DNA of 64,000 nucleotides from Bacillota bacterium. GTDB taxonomy: Bacteria; Bacillota; Clostridia; TANB77; CAG-465. The notes under the pieces were generated by a model. It ran no database searches. It was not told the DNA's origin and saw only the letters and a program-made list of their open reading frames with translations. Of this stretch, positions 48,598-58,743 are shown one piece after another. The translations under genes were made by a program, and so were the position numbers. Numbering within the stretch: position 1 is the stretch's first letter; the number at the start of each line of letters is the position of its first letter. The DNA lies in assembly GCA_023460235.1 (NCBI GenBank), contig JAEWRE010000083.1, forward strand, positions 3,012-67,011, in the 5' to 3' direction.

Positions 48598-49313
48598 AAA
48601 AAGATATTTTAGATGATTTTTCTAAAAATGCAAAAAAATGTTGTTTAGATGCTGAAAAATTTGGAGAATATTTGACACAAATTAACTCAAAAAATGAAAT
48701 GATTTCAGAGTATCATATTTTTTTTGATATATCTAAACTAGATGAATGTTGTATAAAGAGTATTATTAAAGGTGCATTTCTTGGTGGAGGGTATATAGTA
48801 GATCCACAAAATGATTACCACTTTGAAATACTGGCAAAAAGCAAAGCTTGCATTGAGTATATTTTTAATGTATTATCATTGTTAGAATTTACACCTAAAA
48901 TAATAAAGAAAAAAAATACTAATACATATTCTTTGTATATCAAAGATTCCGAACAAATTTCACTTATCTTAAGCATTTTAGGATCAACGAATTCAGTACT
49001 TAAATTTGAACAAATAAGAGTTGAAAAAGAAGTAAAGAACAATGTTAATAGAACAACTAATTGCGAAACTGCAAATATTAGTAGAACAATAAATTCTGCT
49101 GTTACTCAGCTAGAAGCTATTAAAAAAATAAAATCTTCTGGAAATTATGATAAATTAGATTCAAAATTAAAATACATAGCCTCTTTAAGAGAAAAATACC
49201 CAGATGAAAGTCTTGAGTTTTTAGCTAGTAAAACAAGTGGAGATGATAAGCTTAGTAAATCTGGAATAAAGCATAGATTAGATAAAATAATAAAAATTGT
49301 AAATAAAGAGTAA
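48576..49313 (+). CDS. whiA: DNA-binding protein WhiA, short form (245 aa)
   Basis: 'MSFASDIKKD...CC', 'IKGAFLGGGYIVDPQNDYHFEI', 'RVEKEVKNNVNRTTNCETANISRTINSA' and C-terminal HTH 'LSKSGIKHRLDKI'. Overlaps prmC by 22 nt. Confidence 0.75.
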   Translation: MSFASDIKKDILDDFSKNAKKCCLDAEKFGEYLTQINSKNEMISEYHIFFDISKLDECCIKSIIKGAFLGGGYIVDPQNDYHFEILAKSKACIEYIFNVLSLLEFTPKIIKKKNTNTYSLYIKDSEQISLILSILGSTNSVLKFEQIRVEKEVKNNVNRTTNCETANISRTINSAVTQLEAIKKIKSSGNYDKLDSKLKYIASLREKYPDESLEFLASKTSGDDKLSKSGIKHRLDKIIKIVNKE

Positions 49314-49432
49314 AAGAAGATTATTAAAGCATAGTATAACGTTAATTATACTATGCTTTTTGTTTACTATTTTCTTGACTTAAAGTTATATATATTATAT
49401 AATCAAGGTTGTTAAAGTTAGGGGAGATAATA

Positions 49433-50581
49433 ATGGAAAAAAATATTGGCATATACATACACATCCCTTTTTGTACAAGTAAATGTTATTATTGTGATTT
49501 TGTATCATACGCAAATAAAGATGATACATGCATTTCAAAATATATTGATGCTTTGTGTGAAGAAATTCTAAGAAATTCTGAAATTCTTGCAGAAAGAACA
49601 ATAACGAGTATATATTTTGGTGGAGGTACTCCATCATATATTAATAGTAAATATATAGTCAAAATTTTAAATATATTATCACTTTTTAATTTATCAAATG
49701 AGTGTGAAATTACAATTGAGTGCAATCCTAATAGTATTTCAGATAGTAAGATAAAGGATTATACATTAAATGGAATTAATAGAGTAAGCATTGGGCTGCA
49801 ATCATTAAATGATAATGTTTTAAAAAATATAGGTAGAAAACATACTGTGTCAGATTTTATAAATGCTCTTGATATATGTAAAAGTAACAATTTAAATAAT
49901 ATATCTGTAGATTTAATATATCCTTTACCCGGTCTTACTTTAGAAGAATTTAAAAGTAATATTGATGAGTTGAATGATATATTAAAAAAATATGATATAA
50001 AACATATATCAATATACAATTTAGAAATTCATGAAAATACAAGATTTGATTTTTTATTAAAAGAAGGATTTTTAGAACTAGTTGATGAAGATACTGAATA
50101 TAAAATGAAATTATATATGGAAGATAAACTAGAGCAAAATGGGTATAATAAATATGAAGTATCTAATTTTTCAAAACAAGATTTTGAGTCAAGACATAAT
50201 CTTAACTATTGGAATCAAGGTGAGTATTTAGGCTTTGGAATTGCTGCATCTAGTTTCTTTGACGGAACAAGATATTCTAATATCACAGATATAAATACGT
50301 ATATTGATAATATTAACGATAATATCTCAGTAATCCAAGAACAGGATCATTTAGATAAATTTTCATTGATGAAAGAATATATTATACTAACTCTTAGACT
50401 ACAAGATGGAATTAATATTAAAAAGTTTCATAGTAAATTTGCAACAGATATTTTTGAAATATTTGGAGTTGAGATTAGAAAATTAGAATCAAATGGTCTT
50501 ATAAACATAACTGATAAAAATATATATCTTACTACGAGAGGCTTTGAAGTAGCTAATCTAGTTTGGGAAGAATTTATATAA
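49433..50581 (+). CDS. hemW: radical SAM heme chaperone HemW (HemN-like)
   Basis: GGGGAG RBS, then ATG 49433. 'YIHIPFCTSKCYYCDF' CxxxCxxC radical-SAM motif, 'GGGTPS' and 'NRVSIGLQS'. Confidence 0.88.
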   Translation: MEKNIGIYIHIPFCTSKCYYCDFVSYANKDDTCISKYIDALCEEILRNSEILAERTITSIYFGGGTPSYINSKYIVKILNILSLFNLSNECEITIECNPNSISDSKIKDYTLNGINRVSIGLQSLNDNVLKNIGRKHTVSDFINALDICKSNNLNNISVDLIYPLPGLTLEEFKSNIDELNDILKKYDIKHISIYNLEIHENTRFDFLLKEGFLELVDEDTEYKMKLYMEDKLEQNGYNKYEVSNFSKQDFESRHNLNYWNQGEYLGFGIAASSFFDGTRYSNITDINTYIDNINDNISVIQEQDHLDKFSLMKEYIILTLRLQDGINIKKFHSKFATDIFEIFGVEIRKLESNGLINITDKNIYLTTRGFEVANLVWEEFI

Positions 50582-50604
50582 CAATATAATTGAAGAGGTA
50601 AAAT

Positions 50605-53391
50605 ATGAACAATTTTTTTATAATAGATGGTAATAGCATAATGAATAGAGCTTTCTATGGACTTGGAAATACTAAAATGTTTTCAAGCATAGAAAAGATT
50701 CATACTAATGCAATATATGGTTTCTTAAATATCTACTGGATGATGCTAGATAAAATATCTCCTGATTATATTGCAGTTACATTTGACTTGCATGCACCAA
50801 CTTTTAGACATGAAATGTATAGCGAATACAAAGGTACTAGAAAAGGTATGCCAGATGAATTAAGAGAACAAATGCCCTACATTAAAGAATTATTAAGAGC
50901 GATGAATATTCCCATAATTGAACTTGAAGGATATGAAGCTGATGATATACTTGGAACTGTTGCAAGAATTAATGAACAAAACAATATTTTTACATATATA
51001 TTAACTGGAGATAAAGATTCTTTTCAATTAATAAGTGAGAAAACTTCAGTTGTAATACCTATAACTAAGATGGGGAAGACAGAATATACTACATATACTC
51101 CAGAAGTATTGTTAGAAAAACTGAATATAAAACCATTTCAAGTTATACATATAAAAGCATTAATGGGAGACACATCAGATAATATTCCTGGTGTAAAAGG
51201 AATAGGAGAAAAAACAGCATATGCACTTATTGATAAATATGAGACATTAGATAATATATATGAAAATATTGATAACCTCGATGCATCAGATAAAATTAAA
51301 GAAAAACTCGTATTAGATAAAGATATGGCATATACAAGCAAAACACTCGCTACCATTGAAATAAATGTACCTATTGATTTAGATTATGAAGGCTGTAAGA
51401 AGTCAGACATTGATAAAGAAAAAGTATTTAATTTATTTAAGAGATTAGAATTTAATAAATTCCTTTCAAAATATGACTTTAGTGATATAGCAGATACTTT
51501 TGATTCATCAAAATATATTAACAATAATGATGCTAGCTCTAGTAATGTAATGAAAATATCTTTAGATGATATTAAAATAGAGTATATTAATGATAATAAT
51601 TTTAATAAAAATATTAATGATTTAGAATCTATTTTAAATACTGATAAAGTTTCATATATATTAAATTTAACTGAAAAAGATGGATTTGTAAAACAGGATT
51701 TTATAAAATCAAAAAATATATTTGCAATATACAATAATACAGATACTATATATGTATTTGATATTAATAATTTAAATAAAGAAAGCTTAATAGAGATATT
51801 AAACATATTCTCAAGAGCAAATTGTACAAAATTAGGCTTTAATATTAAACAAGACATATTATATTTCTTTTATAATAAAGTTTCTAATTTAATCAATTTT
51901 AATTATGATTTAATGATTGCTGATTATTTAATGAACTCAAATAAATCAACATATAAAATAGATGACACATTAGAAGAATTATTTAATGAAAAATTTATTT
52001 TAGATGATAAAGAAAAAAATGAAAAGCAATTATCATTATTTGATAATCAAGATGAAACAATAAGTGATACTAATAAACTATTAACTGAAGTAGAAGAGAA
52101 GAACTTAGCGTTATATCTAAAATCAATTTATTTATCTCATGATGTTATAATAAAAAATCTAAAGGTTCTTGGAATGTTAGATTTATTTAATAATATTGAA
52201 ATGCCACTTGTTGAAACTTTAGCATACATGGAATATGCTGGAATGTATATTGATATAGATAATCTTAATAAGTTTGATGAAGAGATAACTGCTAATATAA
52301 AGATATTAGAAGAAGAAATATATAAAATTGCTGATGAAGTATTTAATATTAATTCAACACAACAATTATCTCGTATATTATTTCAAAAATTAAATCTTCC
52401 AACAGTTAAGAAAAATAAAACAGGATTTTCAACTAATAAAGATGTTTTAGAAGAGTTAGAGGGTAAGCATCCAATTATATCTAATATTTTAGAATATAGA
52501 CAGATTATGAAGTTAAAAACGACTTATGTAGATGGATTAAGAGGAAAGATTGCAGAAGATGGAAGAATACATACTACGTTTATGCAAACTGTAGCTTCAA
52601 CAGGAAGACTAAGCAGTGTTGAACCAAATTTACAAAATATTCCTGTTAGACTTGAACTTGGAAAGAAAATAAGAAGCTTTTTTGTTGCAGAAAATTCTAA
52701 TGTAATAATTGATGCTGACTATAGCCAAATTGAGCTAAGAGTTCTTGCAAGTATATCTGAAGACACAACTATGATTGATGCATTTAATAATAATATAGAT
52801 ATACATAAAGTAACTGCTTCACAAGTATTTAATGTGCCTCTTGAGGAAGTCACTCCTACAATGAGATCAAATGCAAAAGCTGTAAACTTTGGCATAGTAT
52901 ACGGAATAAGTGAGTTTGGACTTGCTAAAAATATATCAATAACAAGATCTGAAGCTGGTACATACATAAATAATTATTTGACTAAATATAATGGTATTAA
53001 AAGATTTATGGATGAAATTGTAGAAAATGCAAAAGAAAATGGATTTGTTTCTACAATATTTGGTAGAAGAAGATATATACCAGAATTAAAACAAAAAAAT
53101 AAAAATATAATTCAATTTGGTGAACGTATTGCAATGAATACGCCTATTCAAGGTACTGCAGCTGATATAATAAAACTAGCAATGAATACTATATATTTAA
53201 AATTCAAAAAAAATAATTTAAAATCTAAGTTAATAATGCAAGTACATGATGAATTAATTGTTGAAGCGAGTAAAGATGAAATTGAAATTGTAAAAGAAAT
53301 AATGAAAGAGTCTATGGAACAGGTAGTTAAACTAAAAGTACCTTTAGATATAGATATGAACATAGGAAAAAGCTGGTATGAGGCCAAGTAA
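50605..53391 (+). CDS. polA: DNA polymerase I
   Basis: 928 aa. 5'-nuclease N-terminus ('IIDGNSIMNRAFY', 'GDKDSFQL', 'GDTSDNIPGVKGIGEKTA'). Pol A motifs 'DYSQIELRVLA', 'RSNAKAVNFGIVYG' and 'QVHDELIVE'. Confidence 0.95.
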   Translation: MNNFFIIDGNSIMNRAFYGLGNTKMFSSIEKIHTNAIYGFLNIYWMMLDKISPDYIAVTFDLHAPTFRHEMYSEYKGTRKGMPDELREQMPYIKELLRAMNIPIIELEGYEADDILGTVARINEQNNIFTYILTGDKDSFQLISEKTSVVIPITKMGKTEYTTYTPEVLLEKLNIKPFQVIHIKALMGDTSDNIPGVKGIGEKTAYALIDKYETLDNIYENIDNLDASDKIKEKLVLDKDMAYTSKTLATIEINVPIDLDYEGCKKSDIDKEKVFNLFKRLEFNKFLSKYDFSDIADTFDSSKYINNNDASSSNVMKISLDDIKIEYINDNNFNKNINDLESILNTDKVSYILNLTEKDGFVKQDFIKSKNIFAIYNNTDTIYVFDINNLNKESLIEILNIFSRANCTKLGFNIKQDILYFFYNKVSNLINFNYDLMIADYLMNSNKSTYKIDDTLEELFNEKFILDDKEKNEKQLSLFDNQDETISDTNKLLTEVEEKNLALYLKSIYLSHDVIIKNLKVLGMLDLFNNIEMPLVETLAYMEYAGMYIDIDNLNKFDEEITANIKILEEEIYKIADEVFNINSTQQLSRILFQKLNLPTVKKNKTGFSTNKDVLEELEGKHPIISNILEYRQIMKLKTTYVDGLRGKIAEDGRIHTTFMQTVASTGRLSSVEPNLQNIPVRLELGKKIRSFFVAENSNVIIDADYSQIELRVLASISEDTTMIDAFNNNIDIHKVTASQVFNVPLEEVTPTMRSNAKAVNFGIVYGISEFGLAKNISITRSEAGTYINNYLTKYNGIKRFMDEIVENAKENGFVSTIFGRRRYIPELKQKNKNIIQFGERIAMNTPIQGTAADIIKLAMNTIYLKFKKNNLKSKLIMQVHDELIVEASKDEIEIVKEIMKESMEQVVKLKVPLDIDMNIGKSWYEAK

Positions 53392-53394
53392 AGG

Positions 53395-53991
53395 GTGTGT
53401 TTAATGAGAATAATAAGTACCAAGAGAAAAAATAATAACTTTTTTGTAAAAACATTTAAAATATTACTAATATTAGCCATTTTATTAGTTATACTTTTTT
53501 ATTTTCTAAAGAAATTTATATATCCAATTAAATATTTCGATATAATTGAAGAAGAAGCTAAAAAGAATAATATTGATCCATATTTAGTATTATCAATTAT
53601 AAAAGTCGAAAGTGGATTTAATGAGTATGCTGTATCGAATAAAGATGCTAAAGGTCTAATGCAAATAATGGATTCTACTGCTGCACAAGTAAATGAATAT
53701 ACTAATTCCACTGAAGACATAGATTCAGAAATATTCATTCCAGATGTAAATATTTCAATTGGATGTAAATATTTTTCAAATTTAATAAAAAAATATGACG
53801 GAAACTATTATGTTGCAATTTGTGCATATAATGCTGGCCTTGGGAATGTAGATAGTTGGATTAATAAAGGAATAATAACTAAGGATTTGGATAGATACAA
53901 AAATGTGCAAGAAATTCCTTTTAATCAAACAAAAAAATATTTAGAAAAAGTAGTATCTGCATATAAAATGTACAAATTATTGTACAAGTAA
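53395..53991 (+). CDS. lytic transglycosylase (SLT domain) protein, membrane-anchored
   Basis: 198 aa (GTG 53395; ATG 53404 is an alternative). TM helix. 'IIKVESGFNEYAVSNKDAKGLMQI' and 'AYNAGLGNV' SLT motifs. Confidence 0.8.
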   Translation: MCLMRIISTKRKNNNFFVKTFKILLILAILLVILFYFLKKFIYPIKYFDIIEEEAKKNNIDPYLVLSIIKVESGFNEYAVSNKDAKGLMQIMDSTAAQVNEYTNSTEDIDSEIFIPDVNISIGCKYFSNLIKKYDGNYYVAICAYNAGLGNVDSWINKGIITKDLDRYKNVQEIPFNQTKKYLEKVVSAYKMYKLLYK

Positions 53992-54114
53992 TATTAATAT
54001 TTTAATAAGCATATATTATTTTTATATAATACATGCTTATTTTTTGTTTTTATAGGCTAGACAAATATGCACATTACGTGATATAATATTATGTGTATTT
54101 TAGGGGGGATAATT

Positions 54115-54840
54115 ATGAGTGGACATTCAAAATGGGCAAACATAAAAAGAAAAAAAGAAGCAACAGATTCTAAAAAAGCTAATATATTTTCTAAGCTAGG
54201 AAAAGAAATTACTGTTGCAGTTAAAATAGGTGGTAGTGGTGATCCTGCAATTAATGCGAAGTTAAAAGATGTTATTTCTAAGGCTAAATCAGAAAATATG
54301 CCTAGTGATAATATAAACAGATGCATACAAAAAGCATTAGGTGATGGAAATTCACAAAACTATGAAGAAATAGTATATGAAGGTTTTGGACCTTGCGGAA
54401 TTTCTGTAATAATTGAATCAATGACAGATAACAAAAATCGTAGTGCTGCAGATATTAGATCAATTTTCACAAAATCTGGTGGTACTATGGGTCAAACAGG
54501 ATCTGTAAGTTATATGTTTGAAAAAAAAGGATATATTTTAATAGAAAACGATTCTTCGGTTGATGAAGATTCATTAATGCTTGAAGCATTAGAAAATGGT
54601 GCTGAAGATATAATTTCTGATACAGAATATATTGAAATTTTTTCTAAACCAGAAAATTTTTCAAGTCTTAGAGATTTTATTGAGGCAAGTGGTTACAAGA
54701 TGATAGAAAATGAAATTAAAATGATTGCAACTATAAAAAAAGAAATAACTGATGACGAAGAAGAAAAGTTACAAGTATTTCTTGATAAATTAGAAGAAAA
54801 TGATGATGTACAGAATGTATGGCATAATGCTGATATATAA
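54115..54840 (+). CDS. yebC: YebC/PmpR-family transcriptional regulator
   Basis: GGGGGG RBS, then ATG 54115. 'MSGHSKWANIKRKK', the family-defining N-terminus. Confidence 0.9.
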   Translation: MSGHSKWANIKRKKEATDSKKANIFSKLGKEITVAVKIGGSGDPAINAKLKDVISKAKSENMPSDNINRCIQKALGDGNSQNYEEIVYEGFGPCGISVIIESMTDNKNRSAADIRSIFTKSGGTMGQTGSVSYMFEKKGYILIENDSSVDEDSLMLEALENGAEDIISDTEYIEIFSKPENFSSLRDFIEASGYKMIENEIKMIATIKKEITDDEEEKLQVFLDKLEENDDVQNVWHNADI

Positions 54841-54947
54841 ATTACATAAAATTGTAACAAAAAAATAATATAATATTGACTTTACATAAAAATAATGTTA
54901 TAATAGTTTATGTAGCGAATAGTTAAAGGATAGGAGGTGTATATATT

Positions 54948-55631
54948 ATGTATTATGATAATAAGTCTAACTTTTACATAAGACAATATGGTCCAAAAGT
55001 AATGTTAATAGTATTTTCAATTGTACTTATAATAAGTGGAATATACATTTATTGTTCATCTACTAATATAAACATCTTTTCTAAAGGAGAACTAGTAGCT
55101 AGTAATAACAATATAGTTGATCAAAATACTAATCAAACAGATACTCAAACTAAAAATGAAGAAAAAACAGAAGAGACAAATAGTTTAAAGGAAGAAAATA
55201 CTATAGTTGAAGTAAAACTTAGTGAAAACATATCTGAGAATATGAATTCGTTGAGTAACTTACAAAAGTATGGGCCTTGTACTGTAGATTCTATTACTTC
55301 AGATTTAAAAATAGTAATTAAAGACAATAATACTTTATATCAAGTAAATTTAATAGGTATTGATTATACTAAATCAAATTCAAATATACAACAAGTTATT
55401 GAAAATGATTTAAAAGGAAAAACAATATATATATCATTTGATAAATTAAAAGTTAAAGATTCACAAATATATGCATATGTATATATTAATGATGAATTAT
55501 ATAATAAAAAATTATTAAATGATGGATTAGCAATACTTAAAGTTGAAAGAACAAATACAAGTTTATTAGATCAATTACTAGAAGGTCAATTATTTGCAAA
55601 ATCAAATTCAAAAGGAATTTGGTCAAAGTAA
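54948..55631 (+). CDS. membrane-anchored thermonuclease (SNase)-like protein
   Basis: 227 aa with N-terminal TM. C-terminal 'VNLIGID...YAYVYINDELYNKKLLNDGLAILKV...QLFAKSNSKGIWS' follows the SNase-fold pattern. Catalytic residues were not verified. Confidence 0.65.
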   Translation: MYYDNKSNFYIRQYGPKVMLIVFSIVLIISGIYIYCSSTNINIFSKGELVASNNNIVDQNTNQTDTQTKNEEKTEETNSLKEENTIVEVKLSENISENMNSLSNLQKYGPCTVDSITSDLKIVIKDNNTLYQVNLIGIDYTKSNSNIQQVIENDLKGKTIYISFDKLKVKDSQIYAYVYINDELYNKKLLNDGLAILKVERTNTSLLDQLLEGQLFAKSNSKGIWSK

Positions 55632-55816
55632 AATATTATAGCATGCCGAACTAGGGAAAAACCTTAGTTTTCATATATCAACCTCTTATGATCGCCTCTA
55701 TAGAAATGTAGGGGCATCTTTTTTTGTCTAAATTTGAATTATATGTCACATATATTGTATATTTAATATTTATATGCTAGAATATACCTGTAAAAAAATA
55801 TATGAGGAGGTAAATT

Positions 55817-56299
55817 ATGAAAATAGCAGTTGTATATTATTCACTTGAAGGAAATACAAAGTATGTATCTGAAATAGTAAAAGATAAATTGAATGCTGAC
55901 ATTTTTGAGATCAAACCAATAAAAAATAATATTAATAAAAATAGTTTTTCTAAATTTTTATGGGGAGGAAAACAAGTAATGATGAAGGAGACTCCAGAAA
56001 TAGAAGAGATTGCTAATTTTAATCCAGAAAATTATGATATCATTTTCATTGGTACTCCAGTATGGGCATTTACTTATTGTCCACCAATAAGAACATTTTT
56101 CAAAAAATATAAGTTTAATAACAAAAAGGTAGTAGTATTTTGCCAACATGATGGAGGTAAAAAAGACACTTTAAAAGATATGAAAGATGCATTACCAGGA
56201 AATGAGTTTATTGGTGAATTTGATGTTATTGGAGCATTAAAAGATACTGAAAAAACGAAAGAAAAAGTTTTAGAGTATTTAAGTAATTTAAATGTATAA
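55817..56299 (+). CDS. flavodoxin-family protein
   Basis: 160 aa. 'MKIAVVYYSLEGNTKYV' FMN-binding N-terminus and 'IFIGTPVW'. Confidence 0.8.
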   Translation: MKIAVVYYSLEGNTKYVSEIVKDKLNADIFEIKPIKNNINKNSFSKFLWGGKQVMMKETPEIEEIANFNPENYDIIFIGTPVWAFTYCPPIRTFFKKYKFNNKKVVVFCQHDGGKKDTLKDMKDALPGNEFIGEFDVIGALKDTEKTKEKVLEYLSNLNV

Positions 56300-56312
56300 T
56301 AATAAAATTTCT

Positions 56313-56353
56313 AAAAATTAGTTATGTAAATAAAATTCATAACTAATTTTTTT
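56313..56353 (+). terminator. rho-independent terminator
   Basis: 14-bp stem AAAAATTAGTTATG pairs with CATAACTAATTTTT, followed by a T-run. Confidence 0.75.
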
Positions 56354-56500
56354 ATATAATACTTATATTTATTAGAAATAAATTTTATATAATATTTTAA
56401 GATGAGAGTGAAGAATAATCTTTTGCAAAAAATATATAATGCAATTTAAAAAGAGATAAAGGTGAAAGAATTAAAGAAGCCTATATCTATTTTATTATGG

Positions 56501-56516
56501 TTGCGCAAAATAATAA
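56501..56516. repeat. left copy of the 16-bp direct repeat TTGCGCAAAATAATAA (candidate att core)
   Basis: Identical to 63364-63379. Embedded in an imperfect palindrome TTATTATGG-TTGCGCAA-AATAATAA. Confidence 0.7.
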
Positions 56517-56677
56517 GTATATCGAAATCTAGGGTTAAAAAGGTACTGAATTTTACATAAATAAATAACCATAAATATTATAAATAATTATCAGATAATT
56601 TGTATAAACATTATTGAAAAATAGTGCTTATACAAGTTATTTTTTTGCTTTTTAAAAGCAGATGGGAGAGTATTAAA

Positions 56678-56932
56678 ATGAATAATTCTATAATTTATGA
56701 AAATGATTTACGTATTTTAAGTAAGCAGATTGCTGAAACAAAACCAAATAAGGAAACTGGTGAAATAAAACAGTATTGTAAGCTATCATTATATGATAAG
56801 AAGAATAATGTGTTAATTAATGTTAATTGTTATGATTTTGGTAAGTATTCTATTTTAGAAGAAAATCAAGTTGAACATTTCATAATTAAAGTTACCGCTA
56901 GAAATAATAACCTTGATTATTTTATGCTATAA
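56678..56932 (+). CDS. hypothetical 84-aa prophage protein (ssDNA-binding gene-V-like role possible, by size and position only)
   Basis: GGGAGAG RBS, then ATG 56678. Soluble, beta-rich-looking sequence. First gene of the module. Confidence 0.5.
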   Translation: MNNSIIYENDLRILSKQIAETKPNKETGEIKQYCKLSLYDKKNNVLINVNCYDFGKYSILEENQVEHFIIKVTARNNNLDYFML

Positions 56933-56939
56933 ATTTCAT

Positions 56940-56982
56940 GACGGGTTTAGTAACACCCGTCCTGACTCTCATCTATGAGAGT
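56940..56982 (+). other. two adjacent GC-containing hairpins upstream of rep (candidate replication origin or packaging signal)
   Basis: GACGGGT (56940-56946) pairs with ACCCGTC (56955-56961). ACTCTC (56965-56970) pairs with GAGAGT (56977-56982). The surrounding DNA is otherwise very AT-rich. Confidence 0.45.
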
Positions 56983-57009
56983 TAATTATAAAAAAGTAGG
57001 TATAAAAAC

Positions 57010-58044
57010 ATGATAGATACTATAAAAATTATTACACATATTGATGAAGAAACTTATTTAACAATTAAGAGCAAATCTATTATAAAGACAAGCTTTAATA
57101 TTGATAAACAAGAAATATATTACGAAATAGTTAATGATAGTTTAAAAGGGAGTTTTGATAGTAGTCTAAGTGTTAGGGTAGATGATGGTGATAAATATAG
57201 ATTTAAAGGTTATGTTCTAGAAGTTGAGGGAAGTTATCACAAGATTGTAAAAGGCCATAATGCATATGATGGATTTTATAATATTCAATCAATTGTTTTA
57301 GGTTTAATAAAATTTACTGAAAATGGTTACAATATAAAACTTCCTAAATTAAAACATTGGTTTCTACAACGTATAGATATAACAAAGAATTACGATTTAC
57401 AAAATCAGATATCTGTTACAGGTTATATAAATAATTTTAGATTGTTAAATTATCCTAGAAGAAATTTAAAATTCTATGAGAATGAATGTGTATATATAAC
57501 TGGTCAGACTACTACTTTAAAAATATATAATAAACTATTAGAGTTTATAAAAAATGATAGAAAAAAATTGAAAAACTTTAACAACTTTGATTGTGTTAAT
57601 TTTGAAAATAAAATATTTGGTTATATTAGATTTGAATTAGAAATAAAAAAGAAAAAGTTAAGAAGTATCTTTAATGATAAAAAGTTTATAAGAGTTGATT
57701 CTCTTAAGTATGAAGAATTTGAAAAAATTTGGTGTGAGGAATTTATGAAAATATTAAAATTTGATAACACTAACTTAAAAAAAGTTAGGGAAAAAAATGA
57801 AGTAAGAGAGAGATTATATTCTATGTATAAGAGTACAAAAGCAAGTGTATTATATTCTTTTTATTTGAATATTTTAGTTGATGGTTATAAGACCATTTTA
57901 GCAAATACACCAGAAAGTACATTTTATAGAAAAATTAAGGAACTAAAAAATGCAGGAATTGACTTTTCTCAAACTGCTGTATTAGTTTATGAATATAATG
58001 AGTTACTTGATTTCAATCCTTTTTTATCAAAGGAAGTGGTTTAA
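57010..58044 (+). CDS. rolling-circle replication initiator, phage/plasmid gene II/X (CRI)-like
   Basis: 344 aa. 'LEVEGSYHKIVKGHNAYDG' matches the family's '...GNP.KF.QGHN.FG' block. 'WFLQRIDITKNYDL' and 'GYIRFELEIKKKKL' blocks are also present. Confidence 0.8.
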   Translation: MIDTIKIITHIDEETYLTIKSKSIIKTSFNIDKQEIYYEIVNDSLKGSFDSSLSVRVDDGDKYRFKGYVLEVEGSYHKIVKGHNAYDGFYNIQSIVLGLIKFTENGYNIKLPKLKHWFLQRIDITKNYDLQNQISVTGYINNFRLLNYPRRNLKFYENECVYITGQTTTLKIYNKLLEFIKNDRKKLKNFNNFDCVNFENKIFGYIRFELEIKKKKLRSIFNDKKFIRVDSLKYEEFEKIWCEEFMKILKFDNTNLKKVREKNEVRERLYSMYKSTKASVLYSFYLNILVDGYKTILANTPESTFYRKIKELKNAGIDFSQTAVLVYEYNELLDFNPFLSKEVV

Positions 58045-58192
58045 ATTATTAGTTTTAATTGTTCTAAATGTATTTACATCGACAAATGTAAAAGTAAAAA
58101 ATTATCTTATATATTCGATAAAGATTATAAGTGTTTGATATTAAAATATATTCTGAAAAAAGAAAAAAATATATATGGGGAGCTGATTGTAA

Positions 58193-58426
58193 ATGAATAG
58201 ATATAAAAATCTATATTTTCAAGAAAAAGAAAAAAATAAAATATTAAAGAAAAAATTTAATGATTTAAAGTTTAGTTATTTTAACAGTGTATGTGATAAC
58301 GTAAGTAATGATGATTACAAAGAAATGTATGAAAACTTATTAAAAGATTATAATACTTTGAATTTAAAATATACAAATGAACATCAAATTACTTTAGTTA
58401 TTAGAGGTAATGGAAATGAGGTATAA
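58193..58426 (+). CDS. hypothetical 77-aa prophage protein
   Basis: GGGGAG RBS. Charged, coiled-coil-like sequence. Confidence 0.5.
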   Translation: MNRYKNLYFQEKEKNKILKKKFNDLKFSYFNSVCDNVSNDDYKEMYENLLKDYNTLNLKYTNEHQITLVIRGNGNEV

Positions 58427-58429
58427 TAT

Positions 58430-58531
58430 ATGAAAAATAGTACAGTAAATTTTATATTAGGTCTTATAGTTGGTTATTTATTAAGTAATTTATTAAATTT
58501 AAACTTTATATTTGAAAGTTTTATAAAGTAG
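58430..58531 (+). CDS. 33-aa single-TM protein (minor-coat-like size); absent from the ORF track
   Basis: GAGGT RBS, then ATG 58430. MKNSTVNFILGLIVGYLLSNLLNLNFIFESFIK, stop TAG 58529-58531. Confidence 0.45.
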   Translation: MKNSTVNFILGLIVGYLLSNLLNLNFIFESFIK

Positions 58532-58541
58532 GTGATGGTAT

Positions 58542-58739
58542 ATGATTGAATTATTAAAAAATACTGATGTTTTTATTGCTTTGTCTTGTATGTCTATGTT
58601 TTGCTTTGTACTTATCTTTGGACTTATACTTTATTTCATTTTTTCTTTAATCAATTTACGTTATGAAAATAATAACTTAAGCAAACAACATGAAATTGAA
58701 AGTGAAAGAAATGATTTAAAAAAATATGGAAAAAGGTGA
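58542..58739 (+). CDS. 65-aa single-TM prophage protein
   Basis: AGGTGA RBS. Central TM 'FIALSCMSMFCFVLIFGLILYFIF' and a charged C-terminus. Confidence 0.5.
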   Translation: MIELLKNTDVFIALSCMSMFCFVLIFGLILYFIFSLINLRYENNNLSKQHEIESERNDLKKYGKR

Positions 58740-58743
58740 TTAT

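Noticed and set aside
56501-56516. The 16-mer as a canonical chromosomal dif site used by XerCD, as for CTXphi-type phages.
   Set aside because: It does not resemble the Firmicute dif consensus I remember (ACTTCCTAGAATATATATTATGTAAACT type), and only the left copy has two inverted arms. I kept it as a generic att/operator candidate instead.
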